Source of the DNA: Eledone cirrhosa
Lineage: Eukaryota
NCBI GenBank assembly: GCA_964016885.1
Contig: OZ024743.1
Span: forward strand, 360,840,001 to 360,904,000
Direction: 5' to 3'
DNA: 64,000 bases
The notes beneath the pieces are model-generated. The model searched no databases. It was not told the origin of the DNA and saw only the letters and a program-made list of their open reading frames with translations. The position numbers were made by a program, and so were the translations under genes. This document shows, piece after piece, positions 1-13,117 of the stretch (position 1 is the stretch's first letter; each line of letters begins with the position of its first letter).

Positions 1-14
1 CCCTCAAGAGAAAG

Positions 15-370
15 CTTGTGTATTGATGGAATTTGTATAGTCTGGAATGTAAAAGTACAAATAAACTGTAAAACTAGAATTGTAGTTTATATCATAAAAT
101 GCGCAGAGAGATAATGTAGAAACACAATCCCAATGTTTATAGGTGAGGCGGCTCGCGGTATAGGAAAAGGGATGAAGGAAGAGTGGTGAAACTTCAATAC
201 GAGTAAAAGTCATCAGTGATCTACCAGCATGTGGATGTAGAACATCTGGACTCACTAGCACATTGAAATGCGAATTATTTCTACACACCGAACAGATGCA
301 ACACTGATATATATAACTGAATGCAAGATAAGCCCAATAGAAAGCGTAAATGGAATAACAATAATCATAC
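15..370 (+). pseudogene. Degenerate Penelope-like GIY-YIG endonuclease remnant
   Basis: Frame from 64 reads NCKTRIVVYIIKCAER*CRNTIPMFIGEAARGIGKGMKE (VVY...FIGE..R GIY-YIG pattern), with stops and frameshifts. Confidence 0.65.
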
Positions 371-392
371 AAACTATCAACTAAAGACACAA

Positions 393-505
393 CAGTGTGG
401 CTGGATGCTTAGAGAATTAGATTCGCATTCGTTAGGTTGTGAGTTTGATTACCGGACCGGGTGATGCGTAATGTCCTTGAGCAAGAAACTTTATTTTACG
501 TTCCT
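393..505 (+). mobile_element. Diverged tRNA-derived SINE 5' part (CORE/Meta-like central motif)
   Basis: A-box-like gtgtggctggatg and B-box-like gagtttgattacc, followed by tgtccttgagcaagaaacttta. Confidence 0.5.
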
Positions 506-646
506 TCCCCTACCTGGATTTGCGACCGATATATAGTATTAAGAATTGGAAAGACCAACGGAAACATTGTTTCCTCCGTCTGATCTGACGAGCTCCACTC
601 CACTCCTTAAGCGAATGACGTCTGGGATCTTGTTGATTGATTGTCG

Positions 647-740
<94 letters not shown>

Positions 741-759
741 GTTCCCTTTTGAAACGTCC

Positions 760-1045
760 TGTCGCACTTTCGCCCCGGAGCTATCCCAAAGCTATTTCAC
801 TATAACATAACATTTGCGGGACTCTGGGACACCGGCTTGCCTGGCAGTGCCGATTTTAACGTGAGAAACACGTGCTTCTGCCCAAGCACGTCCGCAAATA
901 ACCCATCATGTGGAACAAGTTTTCTCCACTGGCACGGGAAGTTGACTATTGTGGTGTACTATGACCCTACAGACATCTCAAATGACACTTTCCAGGAGGA
1001 CAACTCTGACAATCTCCAGCAGGTTTTAGACCAAAGTCCACCGTG
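760..1045 (+). pseudogene. LINE (RTE-like) APE endonuclease remnant
   Basis: Reads FAGLWDTGLPGSA...HGKLTIVVYYDPTDISNDTFQEDNSDNLQQVLDQSP, resembling the APE AGLQETR and YAPT...FY..LQ motifs. Confidence 0.55.
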
Positions 1046-1063
1046 TATTATTACGATCATCAT

Positions 1064-1257
1064 AGGCGGTGGATTGGCAGTATCAGTAGAGGGTCGGACG
1101 CCATGCTTTCCAGCATAGTTACATCCCTTTACGTTCTGAGTTCAAATCCCGCCGAGGTTGACTTTGCCTTTCATCCTTACGGGGTCGATAAAATAAAGTA
1201 CCATTAACGCACTGGGATAATTGCTGGCTTTGTGCCTAAAGTAGAAACAATTATTAT
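1064..1257 (+). mobile_element. tRNA-derived SINE (Nin/Deu-like central domain), full length
   Basis: A box ggattggcagtatcagtag, B box gagttcaaatcc, central gaggttgactttgcctttcatccttacggggtcgataaaataaagtacc, (att)n tail, candidate TSD gatcatcat. Confidence 0.85.
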
Positions 1258-1304
1258 GATCATCATGAAGGACGACAATACTGCCCTCTCTTCTTGTCAG
1301 GTTC

Positions 1305-1720
1305 CCTCCCCGCACAACTGTTTAATAAATCCTGAAAACAAAGCAAATCATCGATCTAAGTAACCGATTATCAATTACTAACTATCGACTTTTGTAAAGC
1401 ATCAAACACCATTTACACATCAGTGGGGGTGGTCTCTATATATGTCTCACACTGAACAAAATGCAATATATCTGTCCAGAGGACGAATTTTAAATCTCCT
1501 CCACATGGTGTCAAATAAACATTTAAAAGCAAGGGCAGAGATAAAGTGGACAGGACGTTATAATTGCTAGACGAAGCTCCCACATACCAATTCCAATTAA
1601 GGAAACTCGACTTGAAATTCTTTGATATGTTGGAAAAATCGATAGTTGGAAATCAATAATCTATTCCTTAGGTTCATGGTTTACTTCATTTTTGGATTTA
1701 TGAAAGGGGCGTATGGAGAT
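1305..1720. mobile_element. Old MITE-like element with diverged terminal inverted repeats
   Basis: About 1327-1408 (aaatcctgaaaac...aactatcgacttttgtaaagcatcaaa) is a diverged reverse complement of about 1620-1700. Confidence 0.5.
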
Positions 1721-1803
1721 TAGAATATACGTTTATTTTACATTTTCCTATACACCTTCCTCTCACTCCCTCTCTCCCCTCTCTCGCCCCTCTCCATCTC
1801 TCT

Positions 1804-1852
<49 letters not shown>

Positions 1853-1977
1853 CGTTCAAATTTGGTGGTTTACAGTTGGGTAGAATTGGTTATTCTGAAA
1901 TATTAACCATGACGTAATATGAGCACTGTTTAGAGAAATAAATAATTCAACCTGACTGACCTCCTGATATTTTACTT

Positions 1978-2012
<35 letters not shown>

Positions 2013-2016
<4 letters not shown>

Positions 2017-2458
2017 CTAAAATAACAGATTAAAGTTTAAGCAAAGAATCGCTGCTTTCACCCTTAACGGGATCTTCTGAAACTAAAAAAATCAATATGT
2101 GAACGCAGAAGTAAATATTTCGGAAAACGGTGCAACCGAAGGAAAACAGGAAGACGATACTTTGGTTCGTGGAGACGTTCTCTGGCAATGAACGGAAAAA
2201 AAGCGAAGATAATACGTCATTATATGGAGTGGTGACCGCTCCAAATAATGACGTATTATATTCGTTTGTTTCCCTTTCTTTGCCAGGGAACGTTTCCACG
2301 AACCAAAGTATGGTCTTCCTGTCTTCCCCCGCTTGCAACGTTTTTTTTAAATATTCACTTCCGCGTTCACAGATTGACTTTGTTAGTTTCAGAAGATCCC
2401 GTTAAGGGTGAAAGCAGCGATTCTTTGCTTAAACTTTAATCTGTTATTTTAATAAATA
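2013..2458. mobile_element. Foldback/MITE-like palindrome inserted in (TA)n
   Basis: Arms of about 215 bp centred on ggagtggtgaccgctcc. The outer about 60 bp are essentially identical and the inner arms are diverged. TA tracts flank both sides. Confidence 0.8.
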
Positions 2459-2477
2459 TATATATATATATATATAA

Positions 2478-2865
2478 CTTCAAAATATTAATGAATATAA
2501 ACATTGATGTGATCAAATATATGTTATTATACATATTTCAGAGGTACTGATCTATTTCATCAGTACGTTCTCATCAGATAAAATAAATTGATGTCTGACA
2601 TACCTCGACTGCCAAGACTGGATCTGAACCATCAGCATGGTCGAGCTATGTCAGACATCAATTTATTTTATCTGATGAGGACGTACTGATGAAATAGCTC
2701 AGTACCTCAGAAATATGTATAATAAAATATATTTGATCACATGAATGACTATATTTATTAATATTTTGAAGAAATATTAATAATTCCAGAAAAACTCACG
2801 GTTGAGTGCTTCTAATCTATTGTAAAACATTATTCATTGATTAATTCAATGAACCTTGTTAAACG

Positions 2866-2872
<7 letters not shown>
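2478..2872 (+). mobile_element. Non-autonomous PLE-type HHR palindrome with one-sided tail (family A)
   Basis: Arms 2478-2610 and 2640-2771, tail 2772-2872, flanked by (TA)n. Confidence 0.8.
2665..2728 (+). ncRNA. Type-I hammerhead ribozyme (mirror copy 2521-2584 on minus)
   Basis: ATTTTAT CTGATGA [GTACTGA/TCAGTAC stem II] GAAA TATGTA TA ATAAAAT. The base of stem II is imperfect. Confidence 0.7.
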
Positions 2873-2924
<52 letters not shown>

Positions 2925-3307
2925 TAGTGTATATCCTGTATCTATAGATATACGCTATGTTTATAAATAAACACTTTGAAAGCCAGAGCAATGAATAGAA
3001 GACTGGAGCGATGTCCAGGAATGTAAAATGGGATAACTGTCCATGCATTTCCAACTTAGTGGTTTTCATTATGACAATGATTCCCTCTAGCTAGGGCTGG
3101 ACTTTGAAACAGGCGAAAATGTATAGTTTTTTTCACAGAACAATGTTCCTATACAGCTTTCGTAGATATAATCGGTAATGAGACACGTGTTAGATTATCT
3201 AATCCACTAAATCTCTTTTCAAATTTCTTCTCTTCCTTATACCATATTTTGCACTCTGTATATGCATACATGCTCAAGCATACGCACTCACACACACATA
3301 TATATAC

Positions 3308-3347
<40 letters not shown>

Positions 3348-3377
3348 GCATATTCATAAATTATTAGTATTACTATA

Positions 3378-3482
3378 GAGGTTGACTTTGCCTTTCATCC
3401 TTACGGGGTCGATAAAATAAAGTACCAGTAATGCACTGGGTAATTGCTGGCCTTGTGGCTAAAGTAGAAACAATTATTATTA
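3378..3482 (+). mobile_element. 5'-truncated copy of the Nin-like SINE
   Basis: gaggttgactttgcctttcatcc...gtagaaacaattattat. Confidence 0.85.
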
Positions 3483-3618
3483 TTACTATTACTATTTTAT
3501 ATATATTATTACTTATATATATATATTATTAGAAATGTAAGCTATCGCCGTATTTTGACTAAAGAAATTATTTAGCCTGATAGTGGGGTTAAGAACCCTC
3601 GGAGAAATAGAAAAAGAT

Positions 3619-3684
3619 AAGTATGGGAGTCGAACCCACATCTTTGGTTACACGGACCACTGTGATACCATTTACACCAACACT
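3619..3684 (-). mobile_element. tRNA-like SINE head or tRNA pseudogene (GTG anticodon-like loop)
   Basis: Minus strand TGGTGTAAATGG (A box), TGGT-CCGTGTA-ACCA arm, GTGGG-TTCGACT-CCCAT T arm. Acceptor stem is poor. Confidence 0.55.
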
Positions 3685-3877
<193 letters not shown>

Positions 3878-5167
3878 AACGGAAAAAATATATATTTGTG
3901 TATACCTGTGTGTATGCGGATATGTGTGCATATTTATGTATGTTAATATGATTTCACAGTACATGTATTCGATAACGATTAAACTATTGGTAATTGAAAA
4001 AGTTTATTTTCAAACAAAATATTCAAGCGTTACATCGAAGAATGCGGCGTGACTAAAACATAAATATCTCTTGATATTATTAATAAATATAAACCAATCT
4101 GATCAATGGAAAAAGCCAAATATCACATCAAAATTGTCTTAGTATCACTGGCTATCATCCGCAATGACATATCTTCAGAACCACTTTAAATGTATGTTGC
4201 TTGCTTAAAGATAAATTCCTAATGATATATACATTAAATGTACCACTACGATTATTATCACCTTCTCACCACACCTGTTATATATCTATTAACCTTCAAC
4301 AAAATTACACGATCAACACATACTCACATGCGCACACACATACACCGTTCCACAACAAAGCAATCCTTCAATGCTCTCGCCTCATTTAATGCAATATTGT
4401 ATCATAAACCGAATGTCTGACTAAATTACAAAATCAAGTTTAACCCTCACCAGAATATAATTAAACTGTTGACTAACTCTTAATCCCAAACAGATTTATC
4501 TTAAAAATGATTTCCTTATTACCCACACTAATATATTTCTCTTCTGTGTCGTTCTGGTGGAAGGATTCACAACCCCAGACTCGTTTAATTAAGTGCTGGT
4601 GGGTTGCTGGGAATAGCTGTGGTGTAGTGTAGGACGGAGCTGAAAAATATACAGTGTTCCTTCATACCCAGATGATCCATTGAATCCTGCATTCAGAGAT
4701 GGACAACAGCAGCAGCTTTAGCAAACAGCTGTGTTTAAATGTATAAAAGTGCCTTCTATATATAATTTCCTGTTTTCCTTTACAAATGTTAACCCATCCA
4801 TTTACAAACACAATATCAATAAACTTAAATTATTCGTATAGACACAAGCACACATGAAATTATATAAACGCTGACAACCTATGCCACTCGATCACATGTA
4901 GAGAGATTCTTTAATAATTCGTGCGTAATGGTATTTAAAGCGGTCAAGGCCACCATGAGAGAAAGGCATTTGTAGAAACCTAACAAAATCTTCCTAATCA
5001 CTGCCACCTCTCAACTCTGAATATGAATTTCTACACTTTACCAACCAGTATTGATTACTCATTTAGATGATGCTTGAATATATTTTAAACATATATTCTA
5101 ACATATAATCATATTCTACTTATGTCGTAAGTACTCTTTTTCGGAAATTACCCAGTTATATATATAT

Positions 5168-5410
<243 letters not shown>

Positions 5411-5420
5411 TAGGTAGCTG

Positions 5421-5887
5421 GATATAAGAATAATATTTCGCTTCAAGAATAGTTTTATACAAATATGTACAGAAATCCGGTTTTAGGAAGCCGCAGCTAT
5501 GCAAACACCGGGGCTAAGGCCCTCTGATGGTGTCCAGCAGAAACAAGGGGGATAACCGTCTATGCATTTCAGGCCTGACTGGCCTTCTTCAGGGCGGTCC
5601 TTCCCACCGCTTGCGACTGCCGGACTTGAAAACAGTCGAGCATATATAGTTTTCTCGTCTGTGTAAATGAGGTGATTAAACTCATTTGCATATGAAGCTG
5701 CATAAATTGCCACAACTTATAATATATTAGAAATAGTATTTCGCTTCAAGCAGATCTTTATACAAATATGTATAGAAATTTCGTATTTCTAAAGAAATAA
5801 GTTTTAGGAAGCCGTAGCTATGCAAACACCGGAGCTAACGCCCTCTGGTGGATTCCAGCAGAAGCAATAGGGACAGCCGTCTATGCA
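5421..5887 (-). mobile_element. Retrozyme-like partial tandem (period 321 nt) containing one HHR
   Basis: About 5421-5566 is repeated at about 5727-5887, and the repeat boundary falls in HHR stem III. Confidence 0.75.
5555..5598 (-). ncRNA. Minimal type-I hammerhead ribozyme
   Basis: ACCGCC CTGAAGA AGGCC-AGTCA-GGCCT GAAA TGCA TA GACGGT. Stem III ATGCAT is palindromic; cleavage site AUA. Confidence 0.9.
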
Positions 5888-6459
5888 CACACATATATAT
5901 ATAGTCTTAATATAGATGAGATGAGACAGGACTAGAACTGTTTCATGCTTTAGAAATCATCAGGAATCTGGGTATCAAAAAATAAATATGGTATTTATAG
6001 GTCTCTTCGGGTGGTAGGAGAGGGTAGGGAGTGGGATGGGTAGAGATCATTGGTTGATAGAAAAGGGAATTCATTAAAAGCTAATTCTTTAAAGCTATAG
6101 TTTATATTTAGAGTAACAAAGGCAGAAATAATTCTATAAAGAAGTTCAGAATGTGATGCCATTCCTTATTTTTAAGTTTCTCTTAAGCTAACTAAATTTC
6201 AGGTTTTCTATAAGATCGTTGGGGGTCGGTCATTGTTGATGGATTTAATGAAAAGGAAAATTCTTTAAAAGCTAATTCTTTAAGGTTCTACTAAGAGTGA
6301 CAAAGGCCTAGAAAATTCTATAGACCAGTTCAAAATATTGAGTGCCTATCATACCATTATCTTCAAGTTTCTCTGAAGCTATATTCCAAATGTCAACAGA
6401 CACATTCACAAACACACACACAGGCGCGCGCGCACCCACACACACATATACATATATAC

Positions 6460-6494
<35 letters not shown>

Positions 6495-6495
6495 A

Positions 6496-6553
<58 letters not shown>

Positions 6554-6731
6554 GTATACATACACATACACATACATATATATATACAAATACACATACA
6601 TATATACATATATATATACATACACACACATACATATATATACACATATACAAACATACACATATTAATATACACATATATATATATATATACACACATG
6701 CACACATACATACATATACATACATACACAC

Positions 6732-6810
<79 letters not shown>

Positions 6811-6863
6811 CACACACATATATATATACATATATACACATATACACGTATGCACACATACAC

Positions 6864-6906
<43 letters not shown>

Positions 6907-7325
6907 TATATATATATATATACACACACATACATACACCTATATATATACGTATATATATTTATATATAAACACACATATATACAAATATATACACATA
7001 CACAGACATACACACATACATACATACATATACACATACACATATACACACATATACACATACATATACATATATATATATATATACATATACATACACA
7101 TATTCCCCTATTACTATACTCCTCTTGGTTGAGAAAAAAATTTGGTCGTTCTGACTGCTGCTAGTTATATCGGCAGCCGACTGGCTCCCTGCCTCCGCCT
7201 CTATCTTTACACACGGTCCTTGAAAAAATTGATCCACTTCATTTACTCTCATCTCGGGAACAATTTTGAATAGCGCCAGTTCGTAATTTGAATTCGGGAA
7301 TTTTATATTCTTCGAGTGAAAAGAT

Positions 7326-7408
7326 CCTTCTGATGAGTGTTTTTCTTTGCAACGGATGCCGTATGGACTCCGTTTTATTTTTGAGACTCGAAACCGATTC
7401 GGTAAAGG
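7326..7408 (+). ncRNA. Type-I hammerhead ribozyme, long stem II (family D)
   Basis: CCTT CTGATGA G...C GAAA CCG-ATT-CGG TA AAGG. Flanks are homologous to the 13273 motif. Confidence 0.75.
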
Positions 7409-7624
7409 TAACTATAGTAAGTAAAGTTCATTTTTAAAATTTATTTTGAAACTTTTTCTTATTTACTAAACCTTGATATGTATATATGTATATATATATA
7501 TATATACATACATACACACACATACAAACATATAACAAATACACACACACATATATACACATACACATACATATAAATACATACATATACACACATACAT
7601 ACACACACATACATATATATATAT

Positions 7625-7657
<33 letters not shown>

Positions 7658-7734
7658 CATACACATATACATATATATATATATACACATACACACACAT
7701 ATATGCACACACATACACACACACACACACATAT

Positions 7735-7785
<51 letters not shown>

Positions 7786-8009
7786 TATATATATAAATAA
7801 ATACATACATATATACATACATACACATACATACATATACACATACACACATACATACATATAAATACATATATATATATAAAATATATACAGATACACA
7901 CATATATATGTATATATATATATACATACATACACACATACATACACATATATACATATATACACACATACGCCCATATATACACACATACACACACACA
8001 CACACACAC

Positions 8010-8960
8010 ATATCCATAAGGATCTCCCGACTGTCGTCTAATTTGCAGACCTTCAACGAGCATGCTGAATATTATAATGACGCACTTAGAAAAGCTGGTT
8101 ACTCCGGAAAAATAGAATATCTAGATGATAACCACATAGGTACTATGAATAAACCACATCTAAGTCGAACTAGTATTGCACCAGACAGACACATCAATAG
8201 GCATACTAATAGGTGCAACCCAACAAATAGAGTCAGACGTAGAGAGTACATATGATATAACCCGTGTACAATATTTCTATACACAATTCTATACACTGAT
8301 CAATAAACACGCTACAACTTCACATTAATACTATAAAATCTTAAACTCGCGCACCATCAGACTCTCATACTCCACTGCACCTAACATAGAACAACTAATT
8401 AAAAAACTCAACTCAACAATACTAAGTACATCCCTAATGACACAGCGCACCAGCATAGCGACATACAACGCACTAACACGCAACTACAACCACACCAAAC
8501 TATCTAGGATACTACTGCAAAACATAAAAATAACTGTAACTGCACCAAACCAGGTACGTGCCCACTAAATAACCAGTGCCTAGCACGCAATATTGTCTAC
8601 CGGTGTACAATAAATTCCGGAACCAACAAATGGTATTATGTCGGATGTACCGCAACATCTTTCAAAGCTCGCCTATACCAACATCGATCTTCGATCAGGC
8701 ATGAGAAAATGCGCTCCGTAACAACCCTCGCCGATAAAGCCTGGAAGCTTCGGAGGAACAATCAAGCATTCTCCCTTGATTGGCAAATTATTACATTTGC
8801 GCCTGCATATAAGCAAAATCATCGAAACGGTAAATTTTGCAATATGGAGATATACTGCATTTTAACGTCGGAAAACAAACTTTTGAACAGCAAAATTGAA
8901 CGTTCACTTTATTGTAACCATCGTTTGAAAACGGCTTTTTCTTTTTTTAAATGCATGTAA
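8010..8960 (+). pseudogene. Penelope-like element RT-thumb, linker and GIY-YIG remnant
   Basis: [11 protein letters not shown]...[11 protein letters not shown]; CNCTKPGTCPLNNQCLARNIVYRC...YYVGCTATSFKARLYQH; LDWQII...LLNSKIE. Frameshifted. Confidence 0.9.
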
Positions 8961-9370
8961 TGTTACCTTTTTACACCGCCGTTTGCAAATGTTTGTTTTA
9001 TATGTTTATACACACGATATGGCTTTCTATAATAATAGTACTAAACACTGTTTTTTGGACCCCTTTAGAAATAACCTGCTACTATAATAGCCCCAATAAC
9101 TTGTCTGTAGTTCTGTACTACTTTGACCCCTTTAACTAAATTTTGTCCAAACAACACCACTAGAAGAATTTACTTCCCCTGCCAACCCTAACACGCCTCA
9201 TTAAGCTAACTGCTGCCAAAACATTTTCTCCTTACAATCTCTACTACTCTGACAGTCTTAAATCCTAAGACTCCCACCCCCTTACTCGCTTCCCTCTTCC
9301 TCTTCCCTTCCTACCTCCTTCTTTCTCTTATATCTAGTGTATAAAATATTTCCATATCATTCTACCACAA

Positions 9371-9487
9371 AGGTCTGACGACATGGTGTGTTTTATTACA
9401 GTGTACCTACGATTTATGATAATATTTTTATATTATACAAATAGCGAGGTATAGGTAACCCATACACTATAGAAACAATTGTTACCT
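9371..9487 (+). ncRNA. Hammerhead ribozyme in the 3' pLTR of the upstream PLE
   Basis: AGGT CTGACGA [~90-nt stem II, ATGGTGT/ACACTAT] GAAA CAATTG TT ACCT. Stem III is palindromic. Confidence 0.7.
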
Positions 9488-9839
9488 AATAAATTCTTTA
9501 TACCCGCATTTCCGTTTCATAAACTTCTTCTTCATATCTATATATACATATACATATATATATACATATACACACATACATACATATACCCAACACACAC
9601 AAATATATATATATATATATACAAATAAGGACTCATAAATATACGCATATACACAGGCACATAAAACAGCTCGACAGGCAGAAAATGCAGATAGGTAAGA
9701 GGTACTCACATAACCATAGTGGCCATATTTCAGGTTGAGGAGGGTGGGGCTGGGGAGGGAATGAGGTAGAGGGGCTAAAAGGGGGAAGTCGTTTTTAGCC
9801 ATCGTGCATTAAGACTGGCTTGAGGTATTTGAAAGTTGC

Positions 9840-11075
9840 AAAGTTCTTGTGCATGCTGTTCGGGCAGTGTTCGCACAGTGTTCATAGCTCTATGAGATAC
9901 AAAGGTCGCAGCCCTTGCGTCCTCCGTTGTAAGAACGCGCTTTCTGGAGTATTTTCCATTTTAGCGTGAAGAGGGTGGAGTTACTTTTGCGGTCCCAAAC
10001 ATAGGAGGCGAGTGTTGTCTGGTTTGATTTCTCCGGTCTTCTAAAGGAGTGGGTGTGGGCATACCAACGGGTCTTAAACTTATTGGAAGTCATGCCGATG
10101 TAAGTCTTTTTGTTATTGCAATCATCAGTGCCTGAGATGACATCGCATTTGTATACGATATCATTTGTCAGGCATTTGTTTTCAAGTTAACAGGTTTCCT
10201 TATTTAGGCAATTACACAAGGCCCCAGTCCGAGGATTGGGTTCGGGGTGATTGGCTTATTTAATTTTTTAGAATTGTGGTTGGCTATATTCCTAGCTAGG
10301 TTAGGTGTGGTGGAGTAGAATAGTCTTATTGTGTTCTAATTAAAGATGGTGTAGTACCTATGTTGTATGGGGAAGTGTGTTTTCAGCAAAGTGAAGAAAA
10401 TCCTAGCTATCGGTGTAGAGACCTCTCTATTGAAGGGAAGGTTGTACCAGCTAATCTGCCTATGCCTATTGCTCCTCTGCAATCTTGCGATGGTTTCTAG
10501 GTAGGTTATCTTTTCTTTAAATCCACTGCAGCCGAAGGCGTCATTGTAGTAGGAGGCAGGGGCGTTACAAATATCTTCGTTGGCAGAGACGCCAGAGATT
10601 CTAATAGAGACGCTTTTTACTAAGTTATCAGAGATATTTTGGGGGTGGTTAGAATTAACATTAATATATCTAAGGGACTCGTTAGGTTTGAGGTACGGGT
10701 AATAGAGGGAAGTATCTAGGTCGAGAGTGACATCTAAGAAGTTGGCTCTAGTCATATTAGATTCTATAGTTATACTAAATCCTAGATTAGAGAAGAACGA
10801 GCTTAAGTTTCTCCGAAACCCTTCGGTGGTTCTGGGGTTATCCTTGTGCAGGGCGAAGAGGCCGTCGTCTTGGATAAACCTCCGGTTAGGCCGGTAAAGA
10901 GGTTCTTCAGGTGATGTAAAATGTACGAGCCCACAAGTTCGCTAATTTCAGCCGAGTCACTCGCTCCCATGCTGACGTCAGATGGGGTCTGAGACTTCTT
11001 GTTGATCCAGTAAGATCCATCGTGGTATAGAAAGTTCTTACGGGCGTGGAGGATAACAACTTGCTCAGCATCAGT
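9840..11075 (-). pseudogene. Penelope-like element RT and GIY-YIG remnant
   Basis: [26 protein letters not shown]...YINVNSNHP, WYNLPFN...HFP, TSNKFKTRWYAH...LKWKIL...CDLC. Confidence 0.9.
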
Positions 11076-11121
11076 ATTGGTCGTAAATGTATATATATAT
11101 GTATATATGTGTGTGTATTTG

Positions 11122-11160
<39 letters not shown>

Positions 11161-11173
11161 GTATGTGTATGTG

Positions 11174-11264
<91 letters not shown>

Positions 11265-11747
11265 ATGTGTGTGTGGGTGCGCGCGCGCCTGTGTGTGTGT
11301 TTGTGAATGTGTCTGTTGACATTTGGAATATAGCTTAAGAGAAACTTGAAGATAATGGTATGATAGGCACTCAATATTTTGAACTGGTCTATAGAATTAT
11401 CTAGACCTTTGTCACTCTTAGTAGAACCTTAAAGAATTAACTTTTAAAGAATTTACCTTTTCTTTAAATCCATCAACCATGACTGACCCCAAACGATCTT
11501 ATAGACACCTGAAATTTAGGCATTGTTAGCTTAAGAGAAACTTAAAAATAAGGAGTGGCACCCCATTGTGAACTTGTTTATAGAATTCTTTCTGCCTTTG
11601 TTACTCTAAATATAAATGATAGCTTTAAAGAATTAGGTTTTATTGAATTCCCTTTTCTATCAACCAATGACCTACACCCATCACACTCACCACCCTCTCC
11701 TACCACCTGAAGAGGTCTATAAATACCATATTTATTTTGAGATACCC

Positions 11748-11798
11748 AGATTCCTGATGATTTCTAAAGAATGAAACAGTTCTAGTCCTGTAGAATCT
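11748..11798 (+). ncRNA. Type-I hammerhead ribozyme (family C; copies at 5918-5969 and 29385-29435 on minus)
   Basis: AGATTC CTGATGA T-TTC-TAAA-GAA-T GAAA CAG-TTCTAGTC-CTG TA GAATCT; GUA site. Confidence 0.85.
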
Positions 11799-12129
11799 CA
11801 TCTATATTAAAGCTTTTATACTCTGCTATGTATTGAGTACCTTACTTACTCTGGTTACCTCCGATTCAACCCGGAATAACGTATATATATATATATATAT
11901 ATATAATAAAAAAAAATGTTACCTGAGTTCAGTATTTTTCGTTGCTATGGTCACTGCGGCCTTTTTATCGGTCGCTGTTTTCAATTTTCAAAGCTGTCTA
12001 AACGTAATTTTATAACTTTAGGGTTATATTCCCTATCGAGTGCTTAGCTGCACACCCAAACTGCCCTCGTTAGCTTTCCTGCAACTATGGCTTCGTTGAT
12101 GCTGTACTAAATTGTGTATATATATATAT

Positions 12130-12885
12130 GTATCAACTAGAAATTGATTGACATATATATATATAAAATAAACATATGAACCAATCACTGGGAATAATTT
12201 GTAAAGTATGTAAGCACACACAGCTAGGTAGGTAACTAATTAAAGTTTAACTAGAAGTCAAATATAGATACATTTTAAAATGATTAATCTCCTTTGTATA
12301 TATTTCATTAAATAAAGAAATATATTACACCATCAATCGGTAAATCACAGTAGTCAAATCACGGATGTAGCCCAAGGGAGAAGATCTAACTACACAGTAA
12401 ATGCGAATCTGTGAATGACTCGTACCACGTGCTGCATTTAAAAAAAAAAATACACACATCGCACAGTGGCGTGAATAGGATTATCGACAGCTAGAAAGAG
12501 CAGCCGAGTCCATTCAACTGAGTTAGCTCTACAATATATATGTGTGTGTGTGTGTGTGTGTTCGCGTAAAGTACTGTCTGTATACATATATGTATACATA
12601 CGTACAGTAGTATGTATATATATACATACACGCACACATAAATATATATGTACGTATGGGTTTACCGAACATTTATTATAATGTTCGGTTTATTTGTTAA
12701 AAAACAGCCCGAATTAAGCCGTACAGTATTCGGCAACAATCGTTGCCCTTTTGTTCAACACTGACAAAGGATCGATGAACTAGTTTCAAGCTTATTAGCT
12801 ATCATCAGCACCGTGGTCCTTCCTGTCAGATGATTGAAGGTTTGAAAGTATATACTTTCCTTATGCATATTAACGGCTGATTACT
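12130..12885 (-). mobile_element. Dispersed HHR-bearing repeat (family F), second copy at about 38563-39185
   Basis: The two copies share blocks tatcaacta.aaattgattgac...aatctcctttgtata and tttaccgaacattt...aaagtatatactttccttatg. Confidence 0.75.
12773..12813 (-). ncRNA. Minimal hammerhead ribozyme (copy at 39078-39120 on minus)
   Basis: CGGTG CTGATGA T-AGCT-AATA-AGCT-T GAAA CTAG TT CATCG. The second copy has CTGACGA and a GUA site. Confidence 0.85.
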
Positions 12886-12962
12886 GGACATAAGTTCCAG
12901 ATTGTGTGGACGAGCAAAAAGACATCTGCGAGTGTGAGTGAGAAAAGGACTGTTAGACACAA

Positions 12963-13013
<51 letters not shown>

Positions 13014-13117
13014 GAAGTATGTGTTCCTACATGTAAATAATACACATAGGGATACAAGTATAGTCCCGCCGTATGCCAGTGTAGTTTAATGGCAAGTTAA
13101 TAAATTAACAAGCCAGA

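Larger units (their letters stand above)
5907..11810 (-). mobile_element. Composite PLE insertion: direct 3' pLTR, ORF remnant, inverted 5' pLTR, with nested insertions
   Basis: 5907-~6655 is the reverse complement of ~11087-11810. A minus-strand PLE ORF remnant (9840-11075) abuts the right arm. Confidence 0.75.

Noticed and set aside
580-628. HHR-like CTGACGA GCT...AGC GAAT GACGTC downstream of the GIY-YIG remnant
   Set aside because: It has GAAT instead of GAAA and no convincing stem I; at best a decayed motif.
3619-3684. Functional tRNA-His gene
   Set aside because: The acceptor stem does not pair and the anticodon stem is short; kept only as a tRNA-derived head.
4540-4740. Higher-GC unique stretch as a possible host exon
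   Set aside because: The minus-strand frames I translated are short and unrecognisable, and no splice pattern could be supported.
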